Made by a program: the position numbers and the translations under genes. From the NCBI GenBank assembly GCA_047495785.1, contig JBLDXI010000015.1, positions 992,001 through 1,056,000 on the forward strand: 64,000 bases of DNA. Direction: 5' to 3'. The stretch is from Lepidodermella squamata (lineage: Eukaryota > Animalia > Gastrotricha). The notes beneath the pieces were generated by a model that saw only the letters and a list, made by a program, of their open reading frames with translations, did not search any database and was not told the origin of the DNA. Positions 59,627 through 64,000 of this stretch are shown here, piece after piece (the first letter of the stretch is position 1; each line of letters starts with the position of its first letter).

Positions 59627-61406
59627 TGGTTGATCTTGAAAAATTGAAAAGTATGAAGAAATGAAAAATTCAAGAGAAAGAAATTTAATTTAATGAAAGA
59701 AACGGTAAGCCTTAGGGGCTGAACTCGACCGAACCCCCAGGCCCTGATGTTTTTCGGAATTATCAAACAGCTGTAACAACATTTTTTTTTAATTTCACTA
59801 GCTGGATATTTCGTGTTTTTTTTATCGAAGGAGCTGGGCGTTTTGTTCATAACACTCTTATTACGTGCTGTTTAACTGTGGTAGTTATTATTCACTACAA
59901 AACATCGTTTAGCTCTACTAAGTCTTATGCGGTTTTGCGGTTTTGTTTGCATTTCCCTCCCATCTTTTGTTTCCATAATCGATGCGAAAGTAAAGCGGAC
60001 TAGTTCACAAGAGTATTGGAGCAGAGAATTAAGGCAATAGATTCAAATTGCAATAATTCATAAACTGCATTATTCATAAAAAAAAACAAAAATTGCAGAA
60101 CATCGCTTAAACTGAGTTAAACTTAGACCTGAAAGGTAAGCCCATGTGTTCACAGCCACTTATTCTCAGGTCATGAAATTTTTACGGTATGTGGGTCGTC
60201 TTTCCACCTAACTCCGTGCACAATTTCATTGCCAACGGCCGGGTAGTTTTTGAGCCATGCTCATTCTCCTGTTTGCATGAACATTCGTCCGAATAGCCCC
60301 AATGACCCAGATTACCCCAAATGACGGTATTATTCATTTTTGATCACTATATGGTTTACTTTGGCATTCTGTTTCTTGCAGCCATGCAGCAAAAGACGCC
60401 AGCATTTTCGAGGTTTTGGGTCTGGCGTAGTGAGTGCTAATCGGGACGAAAAAGTCGTGGATAAGTTGGGGCGGTTCTTGCTATTTTCCCCGTTGAAACC
60501 TTTCTCCTAGTGCCTTCTCCTATTTGACAACCTATTACAAAAAGCTATGGTGCAACAATGGGTTTTTTCGAGATAAGAGCGACTAAAAACACAAACATTT
60601 AACTTTTTTCTCGATTGGCAAGCCGGGAGGGAAAAGACTGTAAAGCCGTGGATGACAACCATATTAACTGGCTAATTCTTACTTCCCTAATAAGCTATCC
60701 ATGTGCGCTGCTAGGGAATGTGAAAAAACTGTGGATGAACCCATTTTGTTCCTCGCAGAAACGCCGCTAAAGACGCCAATGCGTGCATTTTTCCAAGGTT
60801 TTTCCGCTTCCAGATTGCTTTCAGGTCGCCTAGCGGTGAAAAACCCACGGTTAAACATGTTTTTCTATCAATTTCCTGATACTTTCGACAGTTCTCTACC
60901 AGGTAAGCAGAAGATTTCATGGTAAAATCCACAAAAGCGCATTATATTTGATGGTCCAGTTGTCCAGTGCATTCATTATTTTCAATTTTCATACAGAATG
61001 CGGGCTATAAGTATATCTTATAACATTAAGCGCGCGTAGTTTAGTGCGCAGTACTCTGCATAGGAATTTTTTTCTCGCTGGTGGCCTCTAGCGCAAAATC
61101 ATCGATATTTAGCAGAGAAGACAACGTGTGAAACCTTTCTATCCGTCCTTTTGCAAACACAGCGGGCTAGACGCTAGCTATTATGCCATGGGCATAAAGG
61201 GCGATCGTTTTTAGAAAGTTTGTCGTAGAGATTTACGATTCTATAGGTATGCTATGTTTTAACTCTGCGCTTCTTTAAAATTGCAACATTTTTCACTGAA
61301 TTTAACTGCAACCTGACGCCGGTTCCTATATTAATTCAGCAATTTCCACAGTAATTAGTGTTAACAATTTCAAACATTTCCAAGCTGTATAGAGAGTTGA
61401 TCATCA

Positions 61407-64000
61407 ATGTTCATATCAAGAAGCGAGTTTGATACCGGAGTAAAGCTGAGCCAAACCTCATTCAGCACGGTGTATTTGTGTCATCACAAACCCACCAACG
61501 CAAAATATGTTGCCAAGGAAGTCAACCTCTCTCATTTAGAACAACGAGGATCCAAAGACGCGAAGCGAGCTAAAAAGGCCAGAAAACTTGTCGGAACCAT
61601 ATGCGATGAGGTTAGAAAATTTCATAAAAGTCGACTGCTGATTGAATTTTTCTGAATGCAGCATAAGAAGCTGGAAAGACTGCGTCACCCGAACATTGTG
61701 AAAGTTTTTGGTGCATTTCAAGGTACGAAACCATATCCCAAGCAGATTGGGTCTCACGATTTATAAGGCTAAACTATTATAGAGCTATACAAGGGTGAGG
61801 ACAGCTCCAAAAAGGATTGTCAGATGTACTACCTGGTAATGGAGTACTGTGAGGGTGGAGATTTGGCCAGTCGAATCGGAGAAGGGTGTAAGAAAATCAG
61901 CGAGTTCCAGCTGCAATCATGGGCGAGACAGCTTGCATCTGCGTTGAAGCTCCTCCATGACAAAGAAATTGTCCACCGAGATATCAAGCCGAAAAACATT
62001 TTCACAAGCCGCGATGGGCTAACGCTTAAACTCGGCGATTTCGGCATATCCAAAGACTTGAATAGGTAATCAAACTCGATGTTACTAGTATTTTCTACGC
62101 AAGTTTATTTCTTTTTCTCATTTTTAGTGAAGAGACGACAACGTCTGCAATGATTGGTACGTGGCATTATGCTGCACCGGATTTCATAATTTCTAACAAT
62201 TATCAACGCCCCTGTGATGTGTGGTCGTTGGGCGTTACTTTATACGAATTGGTACACTTTGCCAGGCCGGTATAATAGAGCCTGATATTCCTATTGAACA
62301 ACAAAAATGTTGAATATATTTCAGTACAGCGGCGATAATGATATAATGGTTACACACAACATTGTGAAGTAAGTCAAAATAATATGTAGCACTACTGTTT
62401 CATCGCAAATAATATTTCATCTTGAACATAACTGCGATTATCACAAGTTCGCTGATTCATCCGCAGAGGTGCACCATTTTCCTCAGGTAATTATTAATTA
62501 TTGCGAGGGAAACAATGCTTTACCGACTAAAACTGCCGAATGGACTACATTTCGGGCATTTTCCGAACGTGCACTTGTGGATCTGAACTTTCCATCTCTG
62601 TTTTGCATAAAATGAAAAAACAAACTGAACGCTGACTTACCCCGAAGTTGCTCATTTGTCATATTATTTAGCCAGAAGCCGCGACCATTCGATGATAAGC
62701 GTGGCTATTCAGCTAACTGCCGCGACTTCATCATGTCACTCATTGACAAGCAATTTGAAACACGGCCGACCATCGATCAAGCGCTGAAACATAAATTCCT
62801 GTCCGAACCGCCAAAAACCAAAAAGGATGCCATGGAGGTATATGTTATTAATGCATAACAATCAAGGTATCAGACCTGTGGTTGCCCAGTGTGCGAAGTA
62901 GGATCATCGATATAGGGAGCGAGTCCACCTCCCATCTTCCCTCCCGTCCCCTTACAACCGCGTAAGCGAACACGGAGTGTGTGTCGGCCATGGTGGCTCA
63001 AAGATTAGAGCTGTGCCTTCTCAGAAAGGCAGCCCGGGTTCAATCCCCGGGTACGTCACTTTTCGAGCACTCGCGTAGCGCGTTACAATCGAGCTAGGGG
63101 GTACTTCAGGGCCAACTTCAGGGCCTGATGTTTTCCAACCTGGATCACTCGAGCTGTATGGTGCGGTACCCCCTCCTCCCGTACCGCCTGTATTTCGTAC
63201 ACTCCCATCGGATCTGCACATTTATTCTGTCGTAAAACTCTGAAATTGTCCAGCATCCGAATGGTCTTGTTAAATTACTAACCTCTAGCCGGCTTCTCTA
63301 GGCTCTATCGCCCCCATTCCTATTCCGATTAAATAACTATTTTATTTGTGATTGCTTCAACAGGAAATGTTGAGGTGCGCACGGGAAAATGATGCAGCGA
63401 GAATGTCACAACTGCTGCTATGCAGCGACCGGTTGGGGCTGGACAAATACTTGTTCAACCAAGCACTTCATGCTGCAGCGAAAAGAGACAATGTTGACGT
63501 TGTTGAACTGCTTGTGGGCGAGTTCAAAGCCGATGTCAACGGGGCGAACTCGATTGGCTTGACGCCATTGGCATTGGCGGCCCAGAATGGCAATTTTGGC
63601 GTTGTGAAGCTGCTGGCGGGTAAATTCGAAGCCGATGTAAACGCGACAGATAAGGATGGCGAAACGCCATTGCACTGGGCAGCCTGGAATGGCAAAGCTG
63701 AAGTCGTAGAATTGCTGGTGGACAAGTTTGAAGCCAATGTAAACGCGGCAGATAAGGATGGCGAAGCGCCATTGCATTGGGCCGCCTGGAATGGCAAAGC
63801 TGAAGTCGTAAAATTGCTGGTGGACAAGTTTGAAGCCAATGTAAACGCGGCAGATAAGGATGGCTGGACGCCGCTGATGACTGCTGCCTATATGACACAT
63901 CTTGCTGTTGTTGATATTCTGGTCAACAAATACAATGCCAATGCGCACAAGAAGAACAAGATGGACCAAACAGCGCTGGATTTGGCTAAAGAACAAAATT
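61407..64000 (+). CDS. NEK-like Ser/Thr kinase fused to ankyrin repeats, 3'-truncated (61407-61610; 61662-61722; 61783-62065; 62128-62269; 62325-62368; 62672-62837; 63364->64000)
   Basis: VAKEV, LRHPNIV, LVMEYCEGGDL, HRDIKPKN, KLGDFGISK, GTWHYAAPD and DVWSLGV, followed by about six ankyrin repeats (DKDGETPLHWAAWNGKAEVVELLV). Confidence 0.88.
62986..63064 (+). mobile_element. tRNA-derived SINE head or tRNA pseudogene in kinase intron
   Basis: A-box TGGCTCAAAGATTAG, B-box GGTTCAATCCC and a T run; no proper acceptor stem or 7-nt anticodon loop. Confidence 0.5.
63630..63865 (+). repeat. 102-bp near-identical tandem repeat encoding ankyrin units
   Basis: …GATAAGGATGGCGAA.CGCCATTGCA.TGGGC.GCCTGGAATGGCAAAGCTGAAGTCGTA… recurs at 102-bp spacing. 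Confidence 0.9.

Noticed and set aside
60110-60330. Sequence resembling common invertebrate non-autonomous repeats
   Set aside because: No second copy, termini or TSD identifiable in the window.
62986-63064. Possible TCA-anticodon (Sec/suppressor) tRNA
   Set aside because: There is no 7-nt anticodon loop, no acceptor stem and no long variable arm; a SINE head fits better.
63418-63996. Repetitive minus-strand ORFs
   Set aside because: Antisense shadows of the plus-strand ankyrin exon, which the ORF track missed because it has no stop in the window.

Overview
This window is eukaryotic genomic DNA from an invertebrate animal, judged from many short (~50-60 nt) GT-AG introns, a TTAGGG tract, an HSE-driven Hsp70 and a neuropeptide-type precursor. 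All exon models were built by hand from splice sites and reading-frame phase. In order, it contains: (1) a glycosyltransferase neighbourhood with a 5'-truncated GT10 fucosyltransferase, four CDS-intronless GT15 (KRE2/MNT1-like) mannosyltransferase paralogues and an orphan type II membrane protein, with an 11-member tRNA/tRNA-pseudogene cluster embedded in it; (2) a ~21 kb head-to-tail array of six Cys-less ('Pro-loop') pentameric ligand-gated ion channel subunit genes; (3) a heat-inducible Hsp70; (4) a decayed, transposon-rich stretch, then a TTAA piggyBac MITE next to a spliced host-like gene carrying only a piggyBac-type Cys-rich zinc domain; (5) an unrecognised disulfide-peptide prohormone; (6) two paralogous 8-Cys secreted proteins (one probably GPI-anchored) flanking an ankyrin-SOCS box gene; (7) a NEK-like kinase fused to ankyrin repeats, running off the window end. 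The best candidate for an undescribed system is the channel array. None of the six subunits has a signal peptide or Cys-loop disulfide. All have basic post-M4 clusters, mostly acidic short M3-M4 loops and kinase-type motifs in their termini, which together suggest an inverted topology with the ligand-binding domain in the cytosol. The first gene also carries ~14 RFX/X-box-like motifs in two introns, pointing to ciliated-cell expression. Both ideas are inferences that need testing.
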